Of a stretch of DNA of 64,000 nt, positions 1-13,950 are shown piece by piece; positions within the stretch are counted from its first letter, which is position 1, and every line of letters starts with the position of its first letter. Below the pieces are notes generated by a model that did no database searches, was not told the origin of the DNA, and saw nothing but the letters and a program-made list of their open reading frames with translations. Made by a program: the position numbers and the translations under genes. Source of the stretch: Octopus vulgaris (taxonomy: Eukaryota); NCBI GenBank assembly GCA_951406725.2, contig OX597819.1:69192001-69256000 (forward strand), given 5' to 3'.

Positions 1-748
1 CATCATCGTCGTCATCATCATTATCATGATCTGCATCACCATCATCATCATCATCATCATCATGATTATCGCCGTTGTCATCATCCTCTTCCACATCATT
101 GCCATCATCGTCATCATCATCATTATCATGATCTTCATCATCATCATCATCATCGTCGTCGTCGTCGTCGTCGTTGTCATCATCCTCCTCCACATCATCT
201 TCATCATCTTCGTCATCATTATCATCGTCATCATCATTTTCCTCATCAATATCATCGTCATCATCATTATCATCATAATCATCGTCGTCATTGTCGATAT
301 TATCATCGTCATACTCATCGTCTTCAACATCATCATCATCTTCATCACCATCAACATCGTCATCATCGTCATAATTATTATCCTCCTCAACATAATCTTC
401 GTCATCATTATCATCATCATCATCGTCATCATCATCACCGTCATTATCATGTTCCTCATCATCACTATCATCATCATCATCATCATCATCCATTATCATT
501 GACATCATCGTCATCATCATCGTTATCATCGTGATCATAATCAATGTTATCGTCATAACTGCATTAGTGACAACCAAAGGCTCCGCCAACGCTACAGCAT
601 CCTTATCGTCATCATCGCAACCATCAACACCACCTCCATTATCCTTCCCCATCCTCCTCCTCATCATCATCATCTTCACCGCCGTCATCATGATTATCGT
701 CGTCGTCATCATCATCATCACCACCACTTTCATAATCATCATTATGTA

Positions 749-789
<41 letters not shown>

Positions 790-1420
790 CCCGCACCACT
801 ACCACTACCACCGCCGCGTTCACCACCACCAACATCATTTTCATCATCATTATGGTCATTTCCTCAATAATGATCATCTTCACCAAGGTCTTCATCGTCA
901 TTGTTACCAACATCATCGTCATCATTGTCATCAGCATCAACAGCACCACCTCTAACGACATTATTAGCATCACCACCCCCGCTGCTGCCACTATTAATAC
1001 CATTATCACCTTCATTATCATCGCCATCCTCCTCATCAACTTGTTAATCTTCCTTATAAGCATTGTCATCACCGTCACCAGTAAACAACAAACGTCCGTT
1101 CTTCACCACCACCATCACCACGACCACCACCATCCTTATCCTTCTCATCATCATCATCATTATCATCACCACCACTACCATCACTACCAACAATAACAAG
1201 AAACTGCCGCCATCATGTTCATCATCATCATTATCATTATCATCAATATCATTGTCAAGATCAGCTTCAATAATAACACCAACAACAGCAGCGCCATTAA
1301 CGTTCATACGCTCCCACTATCGCCATCATCATAGTAGTAGTAATAACATCAGTAGCAACTCACAGCCGCAGCTGTAGCGGTAACACCAACAGCAGCAGCA
1401 GCAGCAGCAGCCACTTCATC
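1..1420. repeat. Degenerate (ATC/CAT)n trinucleotide low-complexity array grading into CAC/CAG repeats
   Basis: Continuous catcatcat/cgtcgt/caccac units. The poly-I, poly-H and poly-T ORFs here are translations of the repeat. Confidence 0.9.
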
Positions 1421-1962
1421 AATATCACTAGATGTAGTCGTACAGGGGGTGGCGGGCAGGCATGGAATCAGCGGGTAGCGAGATTACAAATTTCTATTTC
1501 GTAATCTCTTCCGTATTTACTCTGGCTGAATGTAATACTAAAATCAATTTTCACTTTATAACGTGTAATCTATAACGTTGAATTACAGATTATCAAACAA
1601 GCCAAATTATTCAACATAGCATGGATAACATTTCTGAAATAAATCGAGACATCTGACCTTAAACGTCTTTATAATCCCCATGTCTATATATCCGTATATA
1701 TAGTTTACACATAGATGCACAATTTTCCAATGACCGCAAACTTTCCGTCGTCTCATCACTGTTAGTATATATATTTGTGTAATGCGATTTTTCAGAGGCA
1801 ACTGTAAAATTGCAATTTTGCAACGGACATTAAGAACAGAGGAAACACTTGCTTGCAATGGATTTCAGCAATCGCGCCGAGATCTATCAAGTAGGAACCT
1901 GTCGAACTACTCATACGTTGGCTCCATTACTATGATTTGCTTTTAATGTTTTGATCATAAAA

Positions 1963-2590
1963 GGCATCGAGGTGGCAGAATCGTTAACACGCGGGTGGAA
2001 ATGTTTAACATCATTTCGTCGGTCTTTGTAACCTGGGTTCAAATTCGGCTGAGGTCGACTTTGCCTTTTATCATTTCGGTTTCGATAAAATAAGTACCAG
2101 TTTAACAATGGCGGTCGATGCAATCGATTTATTCCTCTGCCCCAACGTTTCGAATTAACATCTGGTTATATAAATGGTTGTGAGTTGGCAGATTCGTTAG
2201 CAACGCCGGGCAAAATGCTTAACGGCATTTCGTCCGCAATAATGACCTGAGTTCAAATTCCGCCCAGGTCGACATTCCTTTTCATCGATTCGGGATCAAT
2301 AACTGAGCTCTGGGATCGTCGCAATCGACATACCGCAGCCCACGACATTGCTGGTCCTTCTGGTTAATATTGAAAGCAATATTTGGGGATTGAAAGGCGG
2401 CGAGCTGACAGACTTGTTAGCACGACGGTAAGAATAGTTAGCATTGATTGATTTATCTTTGAGACCTGAGTTCAAATTCCGTCGAGCATGACTTTATCTT
2501 TCCGTTTTCTGGGACCATAAAATAAGCACCAGCTGAGCACCTCCCCTCCCTAAATATCTAGCCTTCTGTCAAAACTTGAAATCAATATTT
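1963..2590 (+). mobile_element. Three tandem diverged copies of tRNA-derived SINE family 1
   Basis: Repeated ggcagaatcgttagca...gagttcaaattcc (B box)...gtcgactttgcctttcatc...aagtaccag, starting near 1965, 2185 and 2397. Confidence 0.8.
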
Positions 2591-2689
2591 TCGAAAATAG
2601 AATAACCTCCGAGAAAAACTTAGTTGTATATACAGACTACAAATCACCAAGATTATACGATCGTGCAATAACGCAATAAGAAGCAGGAA

Positions 2690-2912
2690 GGTATAACTTG
2701 CTAAAATAATTTTATAAAAAATAGTTCAGTACCGGTTTCGGTCATTGAGACTTTTTCAACTATAAGTATGGAAAACAATTAATTTTGAAAAATTTAAATG
2801 AATTTTAAAAAAGAATAATATTTGCATAGTATTCAAATACAAGGGGCATTTTCCTTGTTTCTGCCTGTCTCTATCTCTTGTAGGTTCGGGGTCGTTGTGA
2901 ATTCTTGGCAGA
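2690..2912 (-). mobile_element. Hammerhead-bearing Penelope-type terminal-repeat element (family B)
   Basis: Reverse complement aligns with 21768-22000. Contains the HHR motif at 2727-2763. Confidence 0.65.
2727..2763 (-). ncRNA. Minimal type I hammerhead motif, U3-A8 variant (family B)
   Basis: Reverse complement reads TAG-TTGAAAA-AGTC-tcaat-GACC-GAAA-CCGG-TA-CTG. Stem III loop is palindromic. One stem II mismatch. Confidence 0.6.
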
Positions 2913-2990
<78 letters not shown>

Positions 2991-2994
2991 CAAC

Positions 2995-3146
2995 AACATC
3001 GAAAAATACCTTAGGAATGAGAACCCAGGTTGGAAATTTCCCTCAAGACACCTGATGAAGGCTGGAAGGTATATCAGCCGAAACATTGTGTTAACAACAA
3101 ACAAGATGAGGACAAATGTCCGTCAAATGTAGATAATGTAAATAAA
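2995..3146 (+). mobile_element. Hammerhead arm of family A element, following (AAT)n
   Basis: Same sequence as 32335-32490 and as the reverse complements of 21024-21210 and 31970-32115. Confidence 0.8.
3048..3091 (+). ncRNA. Minimal type I hammerhead motif (family A)
   Basis: ACAC-CTGATGA-A-GGCTG-gaaggtatat-CAGCC-GAAA-CA-TT-GTGT. Other copies read GAAA-CG-TT. Confidence 0.75.
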
Positions 3147-3789
3147 ATAACTTGATCCATAGTTAGGTAAGCAAAACCACATAAAATTCTTTCCATACGA
3201 GGAATCATTGTCTATTTTGGTGACATCATTAATAGAATTATTGAAAAACTCTCCAGATGCTTACATGCGTATAGAAACACTTTCGCTCAATGCAGTGGGA
3301 ATAAATTTGAGTAACTGTTAACGTAATACATCCATAACTTAAGGTACGAAATAACTAAATTTAGCTTTACCCTACCCTTTCTTATAAACACCCAGCTATT
3401 TAACTCGCCATCTGAACGTATATGCGCCAAACCACACCTGTACGTATGCTTACATCTTTGTGGCTGTTTGTATGAGCGGATGTACATGCGCCATGCAAGC
3501 TACGCGGCGGCGACATTTAGTCAGCCATATCGTTACAGGTTATACTTAATTTTCTTTTTGCCGTATTGCGTGTTCGTTTCTTTTTTACATGTTTTATTTT
3601 AGTATTGATTTTCTTTATAAATGAAACTATATCTTTTAATTTGCTGCTTTTCTTCACATGAAATCAGAAGATACCCTGCAGAACTGCTACTTTAACAAGT
3701 TATATCTATTTATCACTCGAAGAGACACTTGCAGTGATTAATAAAACTCTCGTGTCTTCCATCTTCCATCTCATTAAACAGATATGTAC

Positions 3790-3824
<35 letters not shown>

Positions 3825-4090
3825 TGTATGTATGTATGTATGTATGTATGTATGTATTATGTATGTATGTATGTATGCATGTATGTACGTACGTATGTAT
3901 GTATGTATTAATATATGTCATTATTCAGTTTTATATTTCAAGATTTCTTGCCAATAAAGAGCCAGTTTCTAACCTAGATCCAAGCTGCTTTCAGTGGAAT
4001 TTCAAAATCAACTGCATATTTTTCTATGTATGTATGTATGTATTTATGCATGATATATGTACGTATGTATGTGCATATATACGTACATAC

Positions 4091-4135
<45 letters not shown>

Positions 4136-5648
4136 CGTATGCTTGTATCTCTGCATGTGTGCATGCATATAGCGTGCTTCTTTCATCATGTGTCGGGTTG
4201 AATATAATTCAAACTCTATAGCACCTGAACAGAAATAATTCTTGTCTGGATATTGATGAATTAGACGTGATCAGGTAAGACGGAGGTGTCACGAAACCCG
4301 ATTTTGTGCCGAATCGCATCTATGAAAAGCAACAGCTGCTGCATTAGGCTAATACACTCGCACTGTGGACATCATCAACGACAGTGTCACGGAGAGCAGG
4401 GAGCATGGAACCAATAACAACCGTATTGACAGACATGTGGTTTGGTGACACTTGGTACATACCACGCATATATCAAGAAGTAGATAATACCACGTACTTG
4501 CCATCTCAGTATATCACTGGTACAGATCGAACTGTGCAGTATATTTTATTTGCAAATGCTTACTAGATCACACGCGATACTTTCGCGCAATAAGCATTAG
4601 ACTTTGTATGTTAGAACGGTGTCCTTCTTGCGTTTGTTTGGCTAAAGGTCATTAGAGCTGTTACACAGGGGCTGAGACGGAGGGGCCTCATGAGGAGAAG
4701 GAAGAGTTTGATTCTATACATTTCTTTCATGTTGGTTTCAAGAACACACATCCGACCCGATTGTTTACGATATTTAAGACATCAGCATCACTGATTTTTG
4801 GCTAACAGTGTAAGGGCTCATAGCATCGCTGGAAGGAGAACGCTTCCAAAATAAATTTCCTGAAGATTTATTGCTCTTTTGGTGCAAAATTCAGTTAAGC
4901 CTTTAAGCATTAAACCATTTGCCCTTCCTCTCTCCGCCCTGCATGCACACGCTTGAAAACACAAACACATTCACACGCACACAAATGCATATACACGAAT
5001 TCACACACGTTCGCACCCACGCACAGCCACAGAAACACACACGCAAACACACATACTGTCAGCCACATAAACCACAAGCTAACATTCAAACCCACACTGA
5101 CATATGTCCACAGGTGAGCGCGCGCACACACGCACACATAGAGAATTATTTGTTGATACTGAAATGATTTGGAATATTCTCTCGGCAGATTTTCATGGAA
5201 ATGTGACGGAAATATCATCTGAGATGTTATTTTTAGATTATATTCAACACATCCGCTTAGACAGAAGCAATCGAAATATTATGCATCCACACAAGGACAC
5301 ATTCAGAATCTTATGAACGCCTACTACGATGTTTGGGCAATTGGGTTTTTCAAAGCTTAACGCGTTTATGTTGAAATATGTTGGGTAAAGTTAGAGAGAT
5401 TGAAAAATATTCGGTCAAACCTACGTAAATATAATTTTCGTTATGAACATTACTGCTGTTGTTGTTGTTTTCATCATTGCTTTTATTATTATTAATTTTA
5501 TTATCTATGCATACAATGTAGCTCACATAGAACACATATCTACATGCATATGTGCATGTGCGTGCGTGCGTCCGTGCATGAATTTGTGCGTGTGAGCCAG
5601 CGCGTGTGTAAGTCTGTATGCCTCTATGTATGTATGCGTGTACGTATG

Positions 5649-5692
<44 letters not shown>

Positions 5693-6043
5693 TGTATACA
5701 TTTATATACACATATATATATGCATATATTCACACACACACACACATATATATATATATGTGTGTGTGTGTGTATGTATGTATATACATATACAATACAA
5801 AGACATACATATATATCTGCATAAATTTTTAGATGTATATGTATATTTCTATGCATAAATATACATATACGTATGTACAGACATGCATACACACATATGC
5901 ACACACACACACACACGTACACACACACTGCATGTGTATATAAGTAGATATATATACATATATATACATATATATATATATATATACATTTATATATATA
6001 TACATTCATATATGCATTTATATATATATATATATACATATTC

Positions 6044-6087
<44 letters not shown>

Positions 6088-6714
6088 TTGTATTGATATA
6101 TAGATATATATTCGTAAACGAATTTGACATGCCAGCATATATGTTTTAATAGGAATTTTTAACTGTTATTTGAAGCACCACGTAAGTTTAATAGCTCTGG
6201 AAATTATTAGAATAGCAGCGAATCAAAGAAACATTTTTTTTATTGAATCCTTGTGGTATTAGAATATGTCGTAAAATATTTCAATTTGCTCGTACAGAAA
6301 TTGTTTCCATTTAAAGAAATGGATTGGAACATCTATATATTAATATTTGCATCCTAAATCCTCACACAGATATGGCGATTACTGAATAGCTTAACGTAAA
6401 TAACTTCTGAAAAAGTTAACTGAACGTTTTGGCAAATTTTGTCGTGTAGAGATGTGAAAACAGCAATAAATGTCGGCTTATGTGATAGTCTCTTGTTTCT
6501 GATTATCATTCGAAATTAATAAAAGTTACTAATTATTTGATCATGAAGGCGCGTGCTCTTGTGCTTAGAGTGCCGCACTCGATAGCGCAAAGTCGTAGTT
6601 ACGATGGTAGGACAGAGCAGTGCGTTATGTTCTTGATCGAAACAGCTTCAATTCACATCGTTCCGTGTTACTCAGCTATAAATAAATAAATGATTTCAAA
6701 TTTTTGCCACCCGG

Positions 6715-7015
6715 ACAGCTTGGGGGAGAGGAATAAGTCGATTACGTCCACCACAATGCGTAACTGGTGCTTATTTAATCGGCCACGAAATGATATAAGG
6801 CAAAGTCGACCTCAGCGCGATATGAACTCCGAATGTGGCGACGGGCGAAATGCAGCTAAGCATTTCGTCCGGCGCACTAACGATTCCTAACGATTCCTAA
6901 CTAAGAATCTATGAGAAGGATTTCTAAAAGGCAGTTGCCCAAGGTGCCACGCAGTGGGACTTAACCCGGAACCAGGTGATTGGTAAGCAAGCTACCTACC
7001 CTACAGCCACTCCTG
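6715..7015 (-). mobile_element. SINE family 1 copy plus 5' head of SINE family 2
   Basis: Reverse complement of the family 1 body at 6715-6890, and tgcccaaggtgccacgcagtgggac...cagccac (family 2 head) at 6932-7015. Confidence 0.75.
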
Positions 7016-8935
7016 GAGATAACTATGATTGAAAATGGATTGGCTGTCAGCTTACCGCCATGTTACTTTCTTGCAAAGATACGTGTAAATACCTGGATTA
7101 TTCCCATAATACATTGAAATATACAAGGTAATAGTGCAGAAGTAATATCACTGTAAATTATGCAGTGTTGTATGTAGCTCTGCTCATGTCAATATTAAGT
7201 ATTAAAATACGAGAAAGACATTTTCTAGAAAGATATTGTTTGCAGTTGTTAATGAAAAGTTCGAAAATCGGGCGAAATATATTGTAGTAGTGATTTACAT
7301 GCTTTGAGACTAGTTTTTAAATCTAGTTAAAGCATATTTGAAGGTTCAGAAACGATAATGTATTGATCAGTTACGTAGTTAATATCATCGATAATAAGCT
7401 CTCCCAAGAGGAGTGACCCTCTGCTTAAACAGGAGGAAATTATTTTCGAGAAATGACGTGAGAGCAGTGGTTATAACAGGTCAAATATTAGAGTAAACAA
7501 CTTCAGTCCTTATATTCTGGATGCAAAAACATATTTCAAAAGTACGAAGTGGGTGATATTTTTTTATAAATAACATACTGTATTTATAAATGATAAAATT
7601 ATAAATATTAGAAAGTGTGTAATATTATTTAATATATTATGTGCAATTATATAATTCGTGGTCATATATTATGTAATTTATTGTTATATATGTTAAGTAA
7701 TTATATGATTGTAAATATTTCAAATATTGTTGATGTAAAACAGATTCCATCTGAAAGTCAATAGCAAGATTCTATAAAAAAAAGTTCATTAAAGAAACTG
7801 CCTATTTACTTCAATGCGGATGCAGCTAGTGGATCAGTTTAACGTCAATTCATTGATGTACAAACAATATTGACAATATATAAACAGCATATCCTTGACT
7901 GATAATATGTTATTGATTCCTCACGTTGAGAAATGTTCGACACTTATTTTATTAAATTAATAAACTGAAAAGCATATTGAAGCATTGGGGAACCGCACTA
8001 AATATTGTAAAATGGCAATCTATTGTTGATTCAACATTGTTATTCACTATTAGAAACTATGTCGCTCTTGAGATAAGAAATATCTATTCACGATATTAAA
8101 AGCATGTTTCATTTAATACGCTACTTATTCATATTGAAATATTTTGAATACTGTCTTATTTATGTTTCGCCATGTTCACGCAGCTAAAGGTTACGACATA
8201 TTTATTCACAGAGATGGTCATATTCCAGTATTTGTCTTTTCTTCAATATGTAAATTGATCTTGAATATCGACAAAGCGGCATTATGGACGGTTCAAGGAA
8301 AGGTTCGCTTTTACGATTTACTGATTTTTACTTTATAGTTCCAAAATTGCTGAAGATATAGACTCAATTTAAATACCGCCGTTTAATGTCATCGTTATTG
8401 ACTGTTTGATAATAGCAAACTTAATATAACGTTTTGTTTCATATAAACTTGAAATACTTGGTTAGCAAACGTCAACGAATGGACATTGAAACTCGTAACT
8501 TTATTTTCAATTCTGTTTTACTGAAACAATTCTACCTTACCTTGGCCATTACTGATATGGAAAAGGCATTAATCTGCAAGAATTTTAAGCTGATCACTTA
8601 CAAGTTTCCGATTATACAAATACACAAAAATCAATATTTGAATAACTCTGTTGTATATGGTTAGGTATAAGATTCGGTAATAAATGTGTAGACAACCATT
8701 TTAACACTTAAGTATCATATATCCATGATGGAATTGTAAATGTGGTGCACCACTTATTTTGATTCCTACTAAAAATCTCAAAAGCCATCTATAAATTTGC
8801 CGAAAAAAAAAAAACGCTCAACAAATACAAATATCCAATATGCTTATGACAAAAGGAAATGTTTTGAAAAATTATTTTGAAATTATTTTAAGCTTAATCA
8901 TCTCTATTATTAGTGTGAGATACTTGAGTAAAATG

Positions 8936-9130
8936 CAGGGCGTTCAAAATGTCACCGCCTAGTAAGTATTTAATGGTTTTCGGGCGATTCTTGTACACTG
9001 ATCCTTTGCTCGCTCCTCAGGAAAAGAAAAGTCTGGCAGAGTTAAATTAGATGATCTTGGTGGCCAAAGTCCCTTCGAAATAATCCGGTCACCGAAAAAC
9101 TCTTGAAGTAGCACCATGGTGATGCGCAGG
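8936..9130 (-). pseudogene. Tc1/mariner-superfamily transposase fragment
   Basis: Minus strand translates ...LLQEFFGDRIISKGLWPPRSSNLTLPDF..., matching the WPPRSPDLTPxDF motif. TIR-like cagggcgttcaaaa at 8937. Confidence 0.7.
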
Positions 9131-11219
9131 ATGGAAAAATCTAACTGCGGAGAGACATTTTGTGCACTCTGTATAAAAGGTTAAACAAATATTACAACTA
9201 ATAGTAAGAAACGGATTCCTTTTTCCTCCTTCCAATAGGTTTCTCTTTTCAGTCGATTAATCGATTAATTGATTGATTGATATGATTGAACCATGAGCGC
9301 ACCCAAACGTGTATCTGAAACAACCGTAAGATTATAATAAATGTGTATATATCCTATTATTTCTGTCTATTTTGTCTATGTGTCACTCAGTACAGACAGA
9401 ATATGAACAGGGTAACATAACCATGTATTTTTATATATATAGATAACTTAAGAAGTATTTCAACTGGATAAATAATCCTTAATTAATCTCTCTTTGTTTT
9501 GAGACATGTTTTGTTGTTGTTATTGTTGAATCTTTTAACTGATCCAGTCATTGAACTGCTGCCATGTTAAAGCAACACTTGAAACGTTTACGTCGAAAAA
9601 AAATAGAGCCCAGTACACACTTTTGTGTTACGCGCCTTGTATAGCTCTGCTGCCAAACTGCAACGTTACGCTGATGCAAACAAACCAACACCGGTTGTCA
9701 AGCAGTTGGAGAGGAGAAACACAGATACAAATACACACTCACATACTTACATATATAAAAGAATAAACGTATGAAAGGATAGAAGTGTTGTATTTAAATC
9801 AGAGGAAATAAATTCTTAACTATTTAATGACACACAGATCTGTTAATTAAGTAGAAATTTACTTCGTGAGGAGTGGAAAGATTTTGTTCTTCGAAAACTA
9901 TGTCAGCTGTGCAGCGAAGAATATTGACACTTCATTAAGAAAATTTACATTTAAATTGAATATTACATGTGCGTGTGTTTATTGAAAGCTTAGAATGATT
10001 TTTAATGGTGTATTTGATTCCGTTTGAGATCAAAGACACTTGCGGCACAAGTGCGAATGGAAAAAAATTGTATAAGCGACGTGACTCCACATGGGTTCTG
10101 TCAACCAGATTCGCTAACAAGGTATTCATCAGCCCGATGCTGTATTAGAAGACAGCGGGTCAAGGAGTCTGGCAGTGGGACGGAGCCCGAAATCACGTGG
10201 TTTGACAAGTGAGTCTGTTAATCACAAGACCATCCCAATGCCGTCGGTGCCATCATTTCATTGCAATTGTGTCGCAAGAGCCTTGATCTGAAATGAAGCG
10301 AGAACTTCATGAAAGAATCATTGCAATATACACATGAACCTGTGAAATTCAATTTAACTATAAATTTCCTTAATGAGGTGTCAACATTTTTCGCTGCACA
10401 CCTGACAGAGATCCACTAGAAAATAAGTTTTCATGCTTCGCCGAATATATTTGAATTCGCACTTAATTTAACAGAATTATCTGTTATTGACTGGATGGAA
10501 TGTATCGCATACGATTTAATTACAAGGTTTCTAGCCTTTTACGCTTTCACACTTTTCATGCCTTGTACTTCAACCACCATGGCGCTGACTCGAACGGTTT
10601 TAGTCGCTCAAATACAGCACAATAGTATTCTACTTCTGTGTGTGCGTGAGTGTGTGTGTGTCTTTGTGTGTATGTTTCTATGTGTAGGTATATCTCTGAG
10701 TGTACGTCTCTGTGTGTGTACGTGTCTGTGTACGTGCATATTTGTGTATGTGGGTAGAGATGTTGATAAACAGATACACAGTCATATCTACATATATACA
10801 TGCATACACACATACACACACAAGTATGTACATATACACACATGCACACAAATACACACACACACACAAACACTTATATATGCGCATATAGTTATATGTA
10901 TAGCTCATTTAAACATGAATTTCAGAGGAATAGGAAAATTGGTTGTGGCTGTGTAATAACAAACTTGCTTCCCAACCACATGGTTCCGAGTTCAATCTCA
11001 CACAATGGCACCTTGGGCAAGTGTTTCTAATACATCCTCCAACCGACCACAGCCTGGTGACTATATTTGGTAGACAGAATATAAAGCAATCCCGACTAGC
11101 AGCTTGTATTAATTTGTAATATACACATTAACATTTCACTGAACCAGCCATACATTTATATAGCAAACATACATGTTGACAGCTCGATTTAGATAAACTA
11201 GCGAACGATTGAATAATCA

Positions 11220-11259
11220 CTGCTGACAAGGCTATGACTGATAGGCGAAACTAGTCTAG
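11220..11259 (+). ncRNA. Degenerate minimal hammerhead motif
   Basis: CTG-CTGACAA-GGCTAT-gactg-ATAGGC-GAAA-CTAG-TC-TAG. Has G8>A and one stem II mismatch. Confidence 0.55.
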
Positions 11260-11299
11260 ACAAGTGTTCATAGAGCAGCTCAATGGACAGTTACCTCCC

Positions 11300-11710
11300 G
11301 GCTGTATGGTAAAGAGCTTGCTTCCCAACCACATTGTTCCGGGATCAGTCCCACTGCGTAGCATCTTGAGCAAGTGTCTTCTGCTATAGCCTCGGGCCAA
11401 AGCCTTGTGAGTGGATTTGGTAGACGGAAACTGAAAGAAGCCTGTCGTATATATGTATACATATATATATGTATGTGTGTGTGTGTTTATGTTTGTGTGT
11501 CTGTGTTTGTCTCCCCAACATCACTTGACAACCGATAGTAGTGTGTTTACGTCCCCGTCACTTAGCGGCTCGGCAAGAGAGACCGATAGAATAAGTACTA
11601 GGCTTACAAAGAATAAATCCTGGGGTCGATTTGCTCGACTAAAGGCGGTGCTCCAGCGTGGCCGCAGTCAAATGACTTAAACAAATAAAAGAGTAAAAGG
11701 GTAAAAGAGT
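11300..11710 (+). mobile_element. Full-length tRNA-derived SINE family 2 (CORE-like, with internal TA/TG microsatellite)
   Basis: ggctgtatggtaa head, cttgagcaagtgtcttc core, and tail gcggtgctccagc...aaaagagtaaaag. Many homologues in the window. Confidence 0.85.
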
Positions 11711-12359
11711 ATATATATATATATATCTGATTGTATGTATGTATGTGTATGAGTCAGTGTGTGTACATGTCTGTCATCTCATTGCTTTGTTATTATGTAA
11801 CATATTCCCTCATATACACCTTAGCAGCTTTCAGTGAAGTATTAAACAGACTAACATGAGCTTGTGGCCGCCTGCTGTAGAAGAAAATATCATAAATATC
11901 CGAATACAAAAATGACAGAGATCTGTAAAATTTCAGTTATACAACAGGCTTGCTAACCCTATACAAAACACTCTACAAGAATATTGGTTACTCATTCGGA
12001 ATAAACGCTGCATAAGATAAATATATGACTATAAGGAGCAAATGCTGCTGAATAATGCCATTAGCGATATTCAACAGGTGTTGGCTCTCTAGTAGGCGAA
12101 CGAAGACTCGTAGAAATGAATATATCTATGAAACAGTATCTACCGAGCGGATATTGTGATAGCAAGAGATATGAATCCTGGAGAACAATCGACAATTCTT
12201 TATTAAGTACCGAAATTTATTGGTTAGCGGGTGGCACGCTTCTGGATAGTGGAGACTTTCTACTTGAATAAAGCAGCCCCAGCCCCAATCCTAAGGAAAT
12301 ATATCATACAGTCTTTGTCGAAATAGAAACCATGATGCGTGCTGGCGTGTCGGAAGGGG

Positions 12360-12700
12360 CAAGCGTAGCTATGTCGTAAGTTAGCGTACCAAACACATGG
12401 TTTCGGTTTCAGAACCGCTGTGAAGTACCTTGGGCAAGTTTTCCTTCGATAGGCCCGGACCGACCAACGCCTTATGAGTAATTTTGGTAGACAGAAATTG
12501 AAAGAAACCCACCATATGTATATTCATATATCTCTGTATGTGTGTTTTTGAGTTTGTATTCCTCCTACCACCATCACCGCTTGAGTACCGGTCTTGACAG
12601 CATAAGCAACGGACTTCAAAAATATGTACTGGGCTCGACTAAAAATTTTCAAGACGGTGACCCAGCATGGCTGCTGTCTAACGGCTAAAACAAGTAAAAA
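12360..12700 (+). mobile_element. Diverged SINE family 2 copy
   Basis: ccttgggcaagt core, ggtagacagaaattgaaagaa, and cccagcatggc tail. Confidence 0.7.
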
Positions 12701-13039
12701 ATTATTAAATACATCTATCTTCCTTTATTACTGATTCGTGATAGCATGGAGCGCTAATTATGAATATCATTATGCGGTGTTCCGGAATACCAGAGATATG
12801 CGCTCGTTCATGGATTGAGTAACGATCTCGTTTGGACTACAAAATTACGCCCAATCATTCATACACAATGTTCTCAGACTGAAACTTATTATTGTTCCAA
12901 TTTCTTCTATTATTCATTCATCCGTTTCATTTGAGTGGTTTTCTCTTTTACTTTATTTCTTTCTTTATATTTTGGAACGAGACATGTGTGATAGACATGG
13001 ATAAAATATTATTACAGAAAACAATTGAAACGTATTAGA

Positions 13040-13650
13040 CGCAAAACCTCCAGGGCAACTTCTTATTGTTGTTAGTTTAAAGCTCTCCAACCGAAATTAT
13101 GGACAGTTACTGCAGATGATCTATGGAACATCTCTTTAGAGGGATAACCTAAAATAGTTTTACTGAATAAAATATATCCATATGGAATGCTAAAAAGTTT
13201 GCACAAATTCAGCCAAGCCTTAAATATAGTCAGATTTGTCGCAAAAGATGGAAAGTAATTGAGTTCATTATATTAGGCAGAGACGACAAAATTGGAAAAT
13301 TGTTTCAGAATCAACCAGGGAAATGCATATGGATAACGGTAACACTTCAGATACAAACAGAAATAGAGGATAAAATTAAAAAGGAGTAGTCGAAAAAAAT
13401 TTTTAGGAAATACTAAACAGGTAACTCAACGCTAGAAATGAGATATTTGTAAATATGCAAGACATTCTTCAGACAAACTACTTCTTTAGTATCAGGTGGA
13501 AGTGAAATGAATTGCAAAAATGAGAGAGAAAATTCAAGAAACAACTGACAGAGTACCAAATTTATGAATCTAAATCTATAGATGGGTGAGTGCTGTGTTC
13601 AAGAGAAGAACTCCTGCAAAATAATAAAGGAGAGGATTAAGAAAATTGTT
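13040..13650 (+). pseudogene. Highly degraded R4/Dong-type LINE reverse transcriptase fragment
   Basis: Broken frames resemble L(Y)xDDL, IKKEYxxxxRKILxxxLNARN and ELQKxxRKxKKxLT. Confidence 0.45.
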
Positions 13651-13727
13651 TTAAAAAAAGAAATAGGCAGCTGTGAAATGCATGTGATAAAAAAATATTC
13701 AGTATATATTAATATATATGATGAAAT

Positions 13728-13950
13728 AAGGCAGCGAGCTGACAAAAGCGTGAGCACGCCGAGCAAAAGAGCACAATGCCGAGCGGCATTTCATCTACTG
13801 TTACCCTCTCTGTTCAAATTCCGCCGAGTTTGACTTTGGTTTCGTCCATTCAGGATCGATAAATTAAGTACTAACTGAGCACTGGGTTGAATGTAATCGA
13901 CTTACCCCTTACACTCGAAATTGTTGACCTTATGCCAAAATCTGCGACTA
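13728..13950 (+). mobile_element. SINE family 1 copy
   Basis: ggcagcgagctgac...gttcaaattccgccgag...aattaagtac...gtaatcgactt. Confidence 0.75.

Noticed and set aside
26-1377. Long hydrophobic and His-rich ORFs
   Set aside because: Translations of a degenerate (ATC)n array that is open in several frames, with no domain content.
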